A DNA stretch of 64,000 nucleotides, taken from NCBI GenBank assembly GCA_021739695.1, contig JAIPBM010000023.1:1156-65155 (forward strand). Reading direction: 5' to 3'. Below the pieces are notes generated by a model. It had not been told where the DNA came from. It was given only the letters and a program-made list of their open reading frames with translations, and did no database searches. This DNA is from Flavobacteriales bacterium. GTDB lineage: Bacteria; Bacteroidota; Bacteroidia; UBA10329. A program made the position numbers and the translations under genes. Shown here one piece after another: positions 30,464 through 40,910 of the stretch (its first letter is position 1; each line of letters starts with the position of its first letter).

Positions 30464-32894
30464 TCGATTATCCATTATCCTTATACTGCTGCTGGTCAGT
30501 CATTTTGTGTACGCCCAGATTACTATAAAAGGGACCGTTACCGATGATAACGGTGAACCGATGTTCGGAGTGATTGTGCATGTTGATGGAATCACGGAAA
30601 GTTTTACGACCGATGATCAAGGTTCGTATAAGATCGTTGGCCTGAAACCAGGATCTAAGAATTTCACTTTTTTCCAGCCTGGTTACAAAAAAGTTGAGCG
30701 GACCATTGATCCAAAGAGTGGCACACATCGATTGGATGTACAACTTGCTCCACTATCGAAAGACCTCGAAGGCGTGGTTATTTCAGGTAAGAAGGAGGAT
30801 TTAGAAGTGATGACCACGCTTCGACCTGTGGAAGGAACGGCCATTTATGCAGGAAAGAAAACCGAAGTGATTCAGATGAATAACATCACTGCAAACCTTT
30901 CCTCCAATCGGGCACGACAGATATTTGCACAAGTAGCAGGATTGAATATATGGGAATCTGATTGTGCAGGAATTCAAATTGGAGTAGGAGGTAGGGGACT
31001 CAGTCCGAGCAGGAACGAGAATTTCAACACACGGCAGAACGGGTACGACATTGCTGCAGATGCACTCGGCTATCCCGAAAGCTATTATTCGCCTCCGATG
31101 CAATCGATAGAACGCGTGGAAGTAGTGAGAGGCGCGGCATCGTTGCAATACGGGCCGCAGTTCGGTGGTATGATCAACTTCGTAATGAAGGAAGGCACGA
31201 AGGATCGGAAATTTGAATCAGAAAGTATTCAATCCATCGGATCGTATGGATTTTTCAATTCTTACAATGCTGTTGGCGGAACCATTGGCAGGTTCAATTA
31301 CTACTCTTTCTTTCAATATAAATTAGGGAAATGCTGGCGTTGTAATTCCGATTTCGACAATTACACGGCTTATGCAGGTTTGCGCTATACATCTAAGAAT
31401 GGCACGTCTGTAAAGATGGAATACACTCGAATGTGGTATCTGGTGCAACAGGCTGGAGGTTTGACTGATGCTCAATTCAATCAGGATCCGCAGGCCGCTT
31501 ACCGAGACCGAAATTGGTTCCGCGTGAAATGGAACGTAATGGCGCTTTCGCTGCAACACGAATTTTCCTCAACCGCAAAATTGGATGTACGCTTGTTTGG
31601 CTTGATCGCTTCGCGCGAAGCTTTGGGTTTTCAAGGAACTCCAAATCAAAGTGATCCGATCAATAATCCCGGATCTTCCGCCATTCAGAAATTCAGGAAT
31701 CTGATCTTAGGAAACTTCAACAACATAGGAGGCGAGTTCCGATTTCTTAAACGCTATCAGATAAAAGAACAGCCACAGATTTTTCTAACTGGCGTCCGAT
31801 TGTATAAAGGATTCACGCAAAGTAAACAGGGAGCTGCAGATTCTACTGATGGGCACATTTTTGAATTCGTAGATGTTGTTGCAAACGGATCATCGTCAAG
31901 TTATCCGAGTGGAAATGTGGCGTGGTTTGCTGAGAATATCTTCAACCTTCATAAAAAGTTGAGTATCACACCTGGGGTTCGCATTGAGTTCATTGATACA
32001 AAGGCCACTGGTGAGTCGCGTACTGTTTACCGCGATCAGGCTGATAACGTGATTCTAGATAGTCTGCGAACAGGCGATACAAGACGACAACGATGGTTCC
32101 CGTTGTTTGGCGTTGGTCTGAGTTACAAACCTCTCAAAGGAATGGAGCTTTATTCCAACTTTTCGCAGAACTATAAGCCGATCAACTTCAACGATCTGTG
32201 GGTCTCCAATCCAAGTTATCGGATTGATCCTAATATGAAGGACGAAACAGGATTCAATGCCGATCTCGGTTTGCGAGGCAGAATAAAGAACGCGTTCCAG
32301 TTTGATGTAACAGGTTTCCTTATGATGTATAACGACCGCATCGGTTACATACAACAGGTTGATCCAGAATTGTTCAGCGTTTACAGGCTTCGCACAAATG
32401 TCTCGAATGCCCGAACGGTTGGCATAGAAAGCTATTTGAGATGGAACGCTGTGGAAACCTTCTTGCACAATTCAGATTGGAAGTTGGGAATCTTCTCAAA
32501 CGTAACTTGGCTTGACGCCAGATATGTTTCGTCAGACGAATCTGCGTTTAGAAACAATCGGGTAGAACTGACGCCTTCGTTCCTTGTTCGTGCTGGATTA
32601 GATCTTGGATGGAAAGATATTAAGCTCTCTTATCTGTATTCTTATACAGCCAAGCAATTTACAGATGCAACCAATTCTGTTCAGACAAGCAACGCTGTAA
32701 ATGGTGTCGTGCCGTCTTATTATGTAATGGACATCAACATGACTTACAAAATCTGGAAGTTCAATTTTGGGGCAGGAGTAGAGAACCTTACGAATAATAT
32801 GTACTTCACGAGGCGTGCAACCGGATATCCTGGCCCAGGCATCATTCCTTCATCAGGAAGAACCTTTTACCTGACCGTTGGAATAAAGGTGTAA
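30450..32894 (+). CDS. TonB-dependent outer-membrane receptor with N-terminal carboxypeptidase-D-like regulatory domain
   Basis: Signal peptide, CarbopepD_reg-like region (ITIKGTVTDDNGEPMFGVIVHV), plug, 22-strand barrel, C-terminal aromatic residue. Confidence 0.85.
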   Translation: MNQISRLSIILILLLVSHFVYAQITIKGTVTDDNGEPMFGVIVHVDGITESFTTDDQGSYKIVGLKPGSKNFTFFQPGYKKVERTIDPKSGTHRLDVQLAPLSKDLEGVVISGKKEDLEVMTTLRPVEGTAIYAGKKTEVIQMNNITANLSSNRARQIFAQVAGLNIWESDCAGIQIGVGGRGLSPSRNENFNTRQNGYDIAADALGYPESYYSPPMQSIERVEVVRGAASLQYGPQFGGMINFVMKEGTKDRKFESESIQSIGSYGFFNSYNAVGGTIGRFNYYSFFQYKLGKCWRCNSDFDNYTAYAGLRYTSKNGTSVKMEYTRMWYLVQQAGGLTDAQFNQDPQAAYRDRNWFRVKWNVMALSLQHEFSSTAKLDVRLFGLIASREALGFQGTPNQSDPINNPGSSAIQKFRNLILGNFNNIGGEFRFLKRYQIKEQPQIFLTGVRLYKGFTQSKQGAADSTDGHIFEFVDVVANGSSSSYPSGNVAWFAENIFNLHKKLSITPGVRIEFIDTKATGESRTVYRDQADNVILDSLRTGDTRRQRWFPLFGVGLSYKPLKGMELYSNFSQNYKPINFNDLWVSNPSYRIDPNMKDETGFNADLGLRGRIKNAFQFDVTGFLMMYNDRIGYIQQVDPELFSVYRLRTNVSNARTVGIESYLRWNAVETFLHNSDWKLGIFSNVTWLDARYVSSDESAFRNNRVELTPSFLVRAGLDLGWKDIKLSYLYSYTAKQFTDATNSVQTSNAVNGVVPSYYVMDINMTYKIWKFNFGAGVENLTNNMYFTRRATGYPGPGIIPSSGRTFYLTVGIKV

Positions 32895-33087
32895 TTCGTA
32901 ATAGTTTTTGTAACCAATTGTGCCCGAATTAAGTAAGAAGGCATCAGATAGAATGGGAACCAGTCAAGAGCACATTTCGTTATTTGTCGATAAACCCTCT
33001 GAAAATGAGGGTTTAAGGCTCGTTCGAGACGTTGTCTGTTCCTGCTAATTTTTGTTACTTGCGAACCATAATAACCAGACATAGGTC

Positions 33088-33999
33088 ATGACAAAAAGTA
33101 AATATTCAAACAAGTGGATCGGATACAGTGGCGCACTTGCGCTTGCTGCCATTTTTATGGTCGGCTGTGTATCTGACGTAAAGAAAGACGATGGAGGAGA
33201 GGGCGTTGCTGAAGTGGATTCTTCGGCTACTAAGTTGATGACCATTGGAGGAAGTATGTTCAGTATTCCTTCTCCAATTCAAACAGCCATGCTGATTGAA
33301 AAGTCAGGTTCAGATTACAATAAAGGTTTTTTGAATGATGCCAAAAAAGTGACCACTTACGCTACCAACTACCAAAAAGCGCTCAACTTGGGTGTTTACG
33401 GAGCTGATGTTGGTTACGTTACCATTTACGATCAAAGTCAGGATGCCATCAAATATCTTGGAGTCATCAACAAATTGTCTGATGAGCTTGGTATTACTGG
33501 TGCATTTGATGAGAACACCATCAAACGATTTGAGAACAACTTCGGAAAGCGAGATTCCATGCTGAACTTAGTAGCAGTTGCTTATCGTAATTCAGATGCT
33601 TTCTTGAAAGATAACGACCGAATGAATGTTGGAGCCTTGGTTCTTGCAGGAGGTTGGATTGAGACTCTTTACTTCTCTACTCAAATTGCAGTTAAGGATA
33701 AGAACAAAGATGTGATCAATAGAATTGGCGAGCAGAAGTACACGCTGAACAACATCGTTAAAATGTTGACTCCTTATTACAATCAACCAGAGTATGACGT
33801 GTTGGTTGATGACCTGATTGAGTTGGCTTACGATTTCGATGCGATTGATATTCAATACTCCTATGAAAAACCAGTAGTTGATATTGCCAATAAAACTACC
33901 AAGATCAACAGTAAGACCACGGTGGTGATCACTCCTGAGCATCTTCAGGGAATTGCCGATAGAGTAAAAATGATCAGAAACAAAATAGTAGGCCAATAA
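33088..33999 (+). CDS. hypothetical lipoprotein
   Basis: Lipobox FMVGC; no recognisable domain. Confidence 0.5.
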   Translation: MTKSKYSNKWIGYSGALALAAIFMVGCVSDVKKDDGGEGVAEVDSSATKLMTIGGSMFSIPSPIQTAMLIEKSGSDYNKGFLNDAKKVTTYATNYQKALNLGVYGADVGYVTIYDQSQDAIKYLGVINKLSDELGITGAFDENTIKRFENNFGKRDSMLNLVAVAYRNSDAFLKDNDRMNVGALVLAGGWIETLYFSTQIAVKDKNKDVINRIGEQKYTLNNIVKMLTPYYNQPEYDVLVDDLIELAYDFDAIDIQYSYEKPVVDIANKTTKINSKTTVVITPEHLQGIADRVKMIRNKIVGQ

Positions 34000-34424
34000 T
34001 GAGAACGATGACACTAAGAACACTTATGGCCACCCTTATTGTGGGATTGGCGTACGTTGGAAACGTTTCCGCGCAATGTGATTCCATTGCAAAAATCTGC
34101 GCTGACAACATTACTGGAGATTACATTTCTGATGGGCAGTCTTATCGGGCCCTGTTAAATGGAGATCAAGTTGCTGAATTCCGTGCTACTTTCTACGGAG
34201 GAAGCACTTACAGAATTGCAGGTTGTAGCGGGTTTACAGATGGAAATCTCATTTTCGAGATCTATGATGAAGACCACAATCAACTTTTCGCAAGCAGCGA
34301 ATACAAGAACACGCCTTACTGGGATTTTCAGTTTGGTTCTACCGTTGATTGTACGATAGAGGCGAAATTGAATACGGTTAATGTGAAATCCGGTTGTGCC
34401 ACAATGGTCATCGGCTTCAAATAG
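33999..34424 (+). CDS. small secreted Cys-containing hypothetical protein
   Basis: Signal peptide (VGNVSAQC); 6 Cys in 141 aa. Confidence 0.45.
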   Translation: MRTMTLRTLMATLIVGLAYVGNVSAQCDSIAKICADNITGDYISDGQSYRALLNGDQVAEFRATFYGGSTYRIAGCSGFTDGNLIFEIYDEDHNQLFASSEYKNTPYWDFQFGSTVDCTIEAKLNTVNVKSGCATMVIGFK

Positions 34425-34455
34425 CACCTAATCTTATTACGCGATTCGCGTAACC

Positions 34456-34497
34456 AAAGGCATCCTTACCCCGTTGTAAGGATGCCTTTCTTTTTTA
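34456..34497 (+). terminator. Rho-independent terminator
   Basis: aaaggcatcctta...taaggatgccttt 13-bp stem followed by a T-run. Confidence 0.8.
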
Positions 34498-34503
34498 GCG
34501 CCT

Positions 34504-37500
34504 ATGAGTGAACGTATACTAAAAGCCTTAATGCAGCTCTTTGCCTTGGTAGCCAAGGACGAGAGCTTTTCCGATTCAGGAAGGAAGGTCGTTAGGGTTT
34601 TTTTAGAACAGCAGCTTAATAAAGAGCTTGTTCTTCAGTATCTCAATACGTTTGACGATTTCTTTAAGGAATATCATGGCGATACAGATGAGCTTGACGA
34701 AAAGAAGAAGAAGCGAATCTCCAGAAGTTCGGTTAAGATCCTTAAGATCTGCATGGCCATTAATTCTGAGCTTACGCAGAAGCAAAAGATCATTGTGCTT
34801 TTCAGGTTGCTTGAGTTTGTCAATTCTGACGGATCAATAGACGGACAAGAGCTTGATTTCGTCAACACTGTTTCTGATTCATTTAACATTGATGAACAGG
34901 AATTCTTACGCTGTCTTCGTTTCGTTAAGGCTACGCCAGGCGACCAACACGATTCGGATACGATTCTAGTGGTTAGCAATCAGAAGAATCAAGCATTCGA
35001 GCGCGCGCATCACATTTATTCCGAATCACTGCATGGGGAAATTCGTGTGCTTCATGTTCAAAGTGTAAGTCTTTATGTATTCAGGTATTTCGGCACGGAA
35101 ACCCTGTTTATCAATGGGCAGCCGGTACGTTCCGGAACGGTAAATATTCTGTCTCAAGGATCATCCATCAGAACTTCTGGTCTTGCGCCTATTTATTACA
35201 GCGATATCGTTGGCCGATTTATGCGCGCCACGGTCGATCAGGCGTTGGTGTTTGAAGCAGATAAGATTGAATTCACTTTTCCTGGTGGAAAAACGGGCTT
35301 ACATCGACTTGAGCATAGGGAAGGTTCTGGACAGTTACTTGGTATTATGGGAGCCAGCGGTGCTGGAAAATCCACTTTGCTCAATATTCTTAATGGCACA
35401 ACAGCTCCAACAAAAGGAGCCGTTAAGATCAATGGCGTTGATATTTACAAAGAGCCCGAAAGGGTAAAAGGACTTATCGGATACATTTCTCAGGATGATC
35501 TTCTTATTGAAGACCTGACCGTGTTCGAGAATCTATATTACAACGCGAAGTTATGCTTTGATGGATTCACGGAGTATCGTCTTACCAAAATGGTGATGGC
35601 AACGCTTAAGAATCTAGGATTGCATGAGATAAAGGACCTGAAAGTTGGAAGTCCGCTCAATAAGAAGATCAGCGGTGGGCAGCGCAAGCGACTGAATATT
35701 GCTTTGGAATTGATTCGAGAGCCATCCATCCTATTCGTAGATGAACCAACATCAGGTCTGTCATCGCGCGATAGCGAGAACATTATGGACCTCCTGAAAG
35801 AACTGGCTTTGAAAGGAAAGCTGGTATACGTGGTGATCCATCAGCCATCGTCAGACATTTATAAAATGTTTGATAAGCTGATGATCTTGGATACGGGCGG
35901 ATATCCTGTTTATTACGGAAACCCGATAGATGCCATCAGTTACTTTAAAGCGCAGATAAATGATGTGACCAGTAATGACGTTGAATGTCATAATTGCGGT
36001 AATGTGAATCCGGAGCAGGTGTTCAACATCATTGAGGGAAAGGTATTGGATGAATACGGGCAGCTTACTCAATTGAGACGAGTGAAACCGGTAGATTGGA
36101 ATGAGAAATTTCTGAATTCCGGTAAAATGGAAGCGGAATTGGCGGATAAAAGCAGTCATCCGGGAACGCTTCCGAAAGCTGCAACCATTCCGTCAAAATT
36201 CACCCAGTTCGTGGTTTTTATTACGCGTGATGTTAGGTCGAAATTGGCCGATACGCAGTATATGTTGATCAATTTCCTTGAGACACCTGTGCTTGCAGTC
36301 ATTCTTGCATTTCTCGTCAGGTATTTTGCCAATGATGAAGTAGGATATCTGTTCCGAGAGAACGACAACATCCCTGCATACATGTTCATGTGTGTGGTTG
36401 TGGCCTTATTTTTTGGTCTTACCGTTAGTGCTGAAGAGATCATTAAAGACAGGAAAATCCTTAAACGGGAGAAGTTCTTGAACTTAAGTAGATCCAGTTA
36501 TCTGGTATCTAAGATCATGATCATGTTCTTCATTTCATTTGCTCAAACCCTTTCGTTTATACTTATTGGGAATGCGATCCTTGAAATTCAGGGCATGAAC
36601 ATGGCTTATTTTCTCGTCTTGTTCTCTACGGCTTGCTTTGCCAACATGTTGGGCCTTAATATTTCAGCCAGTTTCCGAAATGCAGTCACCATCTACATTC
36701 TCATTCCATTCCTCATCATTCCACAATTACTATTAAGCGGTGTTATTGTGGAATTTGACAAATTGAACCCTGGATTTTCTTCCAATGAATATGTGCCGAT
36801 AACGGGAGAGATCATGGCTTCAAAATGGGCTTACGAAGCACTGGCAGTCCATCAGTTTAAAACGAATAAATACCAGAATGATCTGTTTGAATTCGATAAG
36901 ACGATCAGCGAAGCGACATTCCGAAAGGATTATTGGATTCCTGAACTGAAGAAGAAGGTGATTTCGCTTGATGCTGAATCAATGGATCAGGATAAGCAGA
37001 TCAGTACGCTTGGTCTTATCCGTTCTGAATTGATCAAAGAGAATAACTTCAATCAGGATCTTCAATTCGCAAAGGTTGATGAACTAACTCCTGACAAGCT
37101 TTCGGCTGAATTGCAAACGGAACTAAGAGAGTACTTAGATCGACTTGCAAAGCATTACGTGAAAAAGCGCAATACGGTTGATGCTGAAAAAGATGGGTTG
37201 ATTGCTACCAAGATCAAAACTCCAGAAGAACGCGAAGCATTTAATCTTCTAAGAGACGATAATTACAATGAGAGTTTAGGTGATCTTGTGCTTAATAGTT
37301 CCGATTTCTATCGGATCATAGAGCGCGATGGCAAGTTTATCCAGCGCTTACATCCTATCTATCAGGATCCTGTTGGAAGTAACCTACTTCGATCTCATTT
37401 TTTTGCTCCTAGAAAAATGCTTTTCGGCCATTACATTGATACGTATTGGGCCAACGTGCTGGTGATCTGGTTGATGTCCATTTTCCTGATGGTCACGCTC

Positions 37501-37587
37501 TATTTCGATGCGCTTTCTAAGCTGCTCAATTTCATTGGCGGACTGGGCGAGAGGATTTCGGACCTACGCGAAAGGAAACGGAAGTAG
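34504..37587 (+). CDS. ABC transporter, fused ATPase + ABC-2 permease (ABCG/White-like) with N-terminal TerB-like and FHA-like domains
   Basis: Walker A (GASGAGKST), signature (ISGGQRKRL), Walker B (LFVDEPTSGL), then 6 TM. The N-terminal ~130 aa are a TerB-like helical module (IIVLFRLLEFVNSDGSIDGQE). Residues ~150-260 look FHA-like (TLFINGQPVRSGTVNILSQGSSIRT). Confidence 0.75.
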   Translation: MSERILKALMQLFALVAKDESFSDSGRKVVRVFLEQQLNKELVLQYLNTFDDFFKEYHGDTDELDEKKKKRISRSSVKILKICMAINSELTQKQKIIVLFRLLEFVNSDGSIDGQELDFVNTVSDSFNIDEQEFLRCLRFVKATPGDQHDSDTILVVSNQKNQAFERAHHIYSESLHGEIRVLHVQSVSLYVFRYFGTETLFINGQPVRSGTVNILSQGSSIRTSGLAPIYYSDIVGRFMRATVDQALVFEADKIEFTFPGGKTGLHRLEHREGSGQLLGIMGASGAGKSTLLNILNGTTAPTKGAVKINGVDIYKEPERVKGLIGYISQDDLLIEDLTVFENLYYNAKLCFDGFTEYRLTKMVMATLKNLGLHEIKDLKVGSPLNKKISGGQRKRLNIALELIREPSILFVDEPTSGLSSRDSENIMDLLKELALKGKLVYVVIHQPSSDIYKMFDKLMILDTGGYPVYYGNPIDAISYFKAQINDVTSNDVECHNCGNVNPEQVFNIIEGKVLDEYGQLTQLRRVKPVDWNEKFLNSGKMEAELADKSSHPGTLPKAATIPSKFTQFVVFITRDVRSKLADTQYMLINFLETPVLAVILAFLVRYFANDEVGYLFRENDNIPAYMFMCVVVALFFGLTVSAEEIIKDRKILKREKFLNLSRSSYLVSKIMIMFFISFAQTLSFILIGNAILEIQGMNMAYFLVLFSTACFANMLGLNISASFRNAVTIYILIPFLIIPQLLLSGVIVEFDKLNPGFSSNEYVPITGEIMASKWAYEALAVHQFKTNKYQNDLFEFDKTISEATFRKDYWIPELKKKVISLDAESMDQDKQISTLGLIRSELIKENNFNQDLQFAKVDELTPDKLSAELQTELREYLDRLAKHYVKKRNTVDAEKDGLIATKIKTPEEREAFNLLRDDNYNESLGDLVLNSSDFYRIIERDGKFIQRLHPIYQDPVGSNLLRSHFFAPRKMLFGHYIDTYWANVLVIWLMSIFLMVTLYFDALSKLLNFIGGLGERISDLRERKRK

Positions 37588-37754
37588 CTACGTTGACCTT
37601 CTAAAAACATCAGTTGTCGGGCTAAACAAGGCAACTATTGTTAACTATGTTTCCAAATCTTGGATTTCGGCCATAAGTGCTTGAAAAAGCGCTGCATGCA
37701 TACTAATTTCGGAGAGTAGCTTTTAAGTTACACTCAACCCCTAATTATACACGA

Positions 37755-39860
37755 ATGAATTTCCGCTTATTGGCTCTTTTGTTGAGCCTTTTGTTCACCT
37801 GTCAGCTCAGCTCTCAGGCACAGATCAATGTTGCTAATGTTGAAATTGTCAGAGACAATTTTGGAGTTCCACATATTTTCGGGAAGACCGATGCAGATGT
37901 TGCTTACGGTTTAGCTTGGGCAACTGCCGAAGATGATTTTGGCACGGTTCAACAATTATTGTTGGCGGCAAACGGCCGACTTGGTGAAGTGACAGGTAAA
38001 AATGGCGCCTTGCTTGATTTTATGGGCAAGATAGCGCAAGTAGAAGAGCAGGTCGAAAAACGATTTGACGGTACGTTTTCTGAGCATTATCTGGAATATC
38101 TGAATGCATACACCGATGGATTGAATCGTTTTGCAGAATTACATCCAGACGAAATACTGCGGAAAGGCCTTTTTCCCATCACTCCTAAAGACTTGGTCAA
38201 GGCAAATACACTCACCTTGGTTTTTCTAACGAGCGTTTATGTTGAGATTCAGCAGATCTTCACGCGTTCCATCGTGCTTTACGAACGAACTATAAAGTAT
38301 GATGGAAACCTTCCCGATGGTTCGAATGCCTTTGCAATCAATGGAAACAAAACCGCTAACGGACACACCTATCTTGCCATCAATTCCCATCAGCCTTTGG
38401 AAGGGCTTTTTTCTTGGTATGAAGCGCATTTGGTAAGCGATGAGGGAATGAACATTTTGGGAGGAACATTTCCAGGAGGAGTCAATATTTTTCATGGTGT
38501 AAATGAACATTTGGGATGGGCAGCAACGCTCAATCATCCCGATCTGTGCGATGTCTATAAATTGGAAATGAATCCGAAATCAAAATTGCAATACAAGTTT
38601 GATGACGGTTACGAAAATTTGGAGACGTTCAAAGCCAAAGTGAAGGTAAAACTTGGGCCACTTCGCGTTCCTGTTACCCGTAAATTCTACCGAAGCAAGC
38701 ACGGAGTTGTCATCAGAAATAAAGATGGTTTCTATGCGCTCAGATTCCCAGCCAATATGGATCTGGCAGGGACAGAACAGCTGTATTGGATGAACAAGGC
38801 CGACAACTTCGATGAGTTCAATAGAGCCTTGGCATTGGGGCATTTTCCCGGAACAAACAACATTTACGCAGATGGTGAAGGCAATATCCAATATGCGAGT
38901 CTTGGTATGTTCGCGTACAAAGACTCCACTTACGATTGGCTTTCTGTATTGCCCGGAAATACTTCCAAAACACTTTGGGAAGAGAAGTTCCATCCTGTTT
39001 CAGACCTTCCTCGTTACGTAAATCCTACATCGGGATATCTGTTCAATACCAACGGAACGCCATTTGTGGCCACTGCGGATGAGGAGAATCTGAAATCATC
39101 CGATTTTAACAAAACCTTCGGGTATCAAGATGAGAGCAAGATCAACAATCGCACGATCAGATCTAAAGAAATACTGAGTGGCTTTGACAAGATGACTTGG
39201 GAAGATTTCAGAACACTCAAGTACGATCAAACTTTCAATGATGAATGGGCGACCTTCAATATCAACAACATGAGGACGATTGAACAATTGGATCCCGCCA
39301 AATATCCTGATCTGAAAGAAGCGATTGAGGTTGTTAACGCTTGGGACCATACTGCCAATGTGGAAGACACAGAAGCAGCTTTGTTGATTCTTGCTTTCAA
39401 TAATTTGGCTGCCATCATCATGTCAAACGGAATGCAATACGCATCCAATACGATTCCTGAAGAAAAGTTTGTGGAAGCTTTGCTTGATGCCAAGAAACAC
39501 ATGTTGAAGCATTTTGGTGCTTTGCGCGTACCATTAGGAGACGTTCAAAAACACGTAAGAGGCGATAAAGTGATCGGAGTGGGTGGAGCCCCTGACGTGA
39601 TTGCGGCCAACTTCTGCAAACCTTACAAGAAGGGAATGATGAAGACCTTTGTGGGCGATTCGTACATCATTCTGGTTGATTTTGATGAAAATGGAAAACC
39701 AACCATTGGAAGTATCAATGCATTTGGTGCAAGCAACAGACCAGAAAGCGCGCATTACAACGATCAGATGGAACTCTGGGCTGCTCAGAAAACCAAACCT
39801 ATGACCTTGGACAAACAAGAGGTTTACGAAAAAGCAGAGCGCGTTTACCATCCTGAATGA
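37755..39860 (+). CDS. penicillin-acylase-family Ntn hydrolase (peptidase S45; possible N-acyl-homoserine-lactone/beta-lactam acylase)
   Basis: Signal peptide, alpha-subunit region, and a presumptive autoprocessing site ...GSNAFAINGNKT (Ser nucleophile). Confidence 0.7.
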   Translation: MNFRLLALLLSLLFTCQLSSQAQINVANVEIVRDNFGVPHIFGKTDADVAYGLAWATAEDDFGTVQQLLLAANGRLGEVTGKNGALLDFMGKIAQVEEQVEKRFDGTFSEHYLEYLNAYTDGLNRFAELHPDEILRKGLFPITPKDLVKANTLTLVFLTSVYVEIQQIFTRSIVLYERTIKYDGNLPDGSNAFAINGNKTANGHTYLAINSHQPLEGLFSWYEAHLVSDEGMNILGGTFPGGVNIFHGVNEHLGWAATLNHPDLCDVYKLEMNPKSKLQYKFDDGYENLETFKAKVKVKLGPLRVPVTRKFYRSKHGVVIRNKDGFYALRFPANMDLAGTEQLYWMNKADNFDEFNRALALGHFPGTNNIYADGEGNIQYASLGMFAYKDSTYDWLSVLPGNTSKTLWEEKFHPVSDLPRYVNPTSGYLFNTNGTPFVATADEENLKSSDFNKTFGYQDESKINNRTIRSKEILSGFDKMTWEDFRTLKYDQTFNDEWATFNINNMRTIEQLDPAKYPDLKEAIEVVNAWDHTANVEDTEAALLILAFNNLAAIIMSNGMQYASNTIPEEKFVEALLDAKKHMLKHFGALRVPLGDVQKHVRGDKVIGVGGAPDVIAANFCKPYKKGMMKTFVGDSYIILVDFDENGKPTIGSINAFGASNRPESAHYNDQMELWAAQKTKPMTLDKQEVYEKAERVYHPE

Positions 39861-39978
39861 TCTTTCATTTTGGTCTGAGTTCAAGTAGCAGGTAGTTGCT
39901 TGCAAATGTTTTAGTCGAAATGGTCAAGCCGTGAGAGGTGGAATCTCTCTACTTTTACATTGATAAAAATCTTGGATC

Positions 39979-40863
39979 ATGAAAGTCATTAAGTCCTTAT
40001 TACTGCTTACGCTCCTAGGTGTTTTCAGCCTTCAATTGTCGGCACAGAACCAGCTAGAAGATGTGGTTTATTTGAACAACGGTAGCATCTATCGCGGTGT
40101 GATCATTGAAGAAGTTCCGAACGAGAGCCTCAAGATCCGGATCATGGGAGGAAGCGTAGTTGCCATTGCTATGGGTGATATAACGAAGAAGACCAAAGAG
40201 CCTTTTTATACGGAAGAATCACCAGCGCCCGAAACTGTTTCTCCTGTGCGAAATGAACCAAGGCCAGAGCGTGTAAAAACACCATTCGAACCAAGAAAGA
40301 AAGGCTACTTTTTCCAAGGGCAATTGATGCTCGAAATTCCACAGGCAGGGGTTAGAGTAGTGAACGGTTACAAATTCGGACGCTTCGGACATGTGGGTAT
40401 TGGTGTTGGATTGGACCTCGTGGGAGGTTCCGTATTCAATGGTCCGGTCAATGATCTGGATGTGACTGATCTGGCTGGTGTTTATCTGCCTTTGTACCTC
40501 TACTATGCTGGAGACATCCTGCAAAGTCGTATCACACCATTCTATGCCATTGAGGCTGGCTATACGCACCCACTCAATTCTGGAAGTTTTGGTGGCGGCA
40601 GATTTGTAGACGATGGCTTTGGAGGAAGCAGTATTACGCTTGATAGAGGTATTGCCATGGGTTCTGTGGGAGTAGGAGTTCGGTTCAATACGGCCCGAAG
40701 AGTCAATTTTAGCCTCTTGCTGAACGTAGAGATCAAAAGCGTGCAGTATTCTGAGGAATATTACATCTACGATGATTTTAGTGGCGTGTATGATAGCTAT
40801 GGAGTTCAGAATCAGAATGCCACGCTTATCATTGGCGGACTTCGATTTGGCATCGGATTCTAA
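39979..40863 (+). CDS. hypothetical exported protein, possible outer-membrane beta-barrel
   Basis: Signal peptide; Gly-rich alternating hydrophobic pattern; C-terminal ...GGLRFGIGF. Confidence 0.4.
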   Translation: MKVIKSLLLLTLLGVFSLQLSAQNQLEDVVYLNNGSIYRGVIIEEVPNESLKIRIMGGSVVAIAMGDITKKTKEPFYTEESPAPETVSPVRNEPRPERVKTPFEPRKKGYFFQGQLMLEIPQAGVRVVNGYKFGRFGHVGIGVGLDLVGGSVFNGPVNDLDVTDLAGVYLPLYLYYAGDILQSRITPFYAIEAGYTHPLNSGSFGGGRFVDDGFGGSSITLDRGIAMGSVGVGVRFNTARRVNFSLLLNVEIKSVQYSEEYYIYDDFSGVYDSYGVQNQNATLIIGGLRFGIGF

Positions 40864-40910
40864 CGGGCCCACGTAAAAACCAGATTAAGTTATTTCCCAA
40901 AAACCACTGT

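Noticed and set aside
32986-33012. Hairpin aaaccctctgaaaatgagggttt ~95 bp after the TonB-receptor stop
   Set aside because: An 8-bp stem but no downstream T-run, so it could be a weak terminator or nothing. Not strong enough to call.
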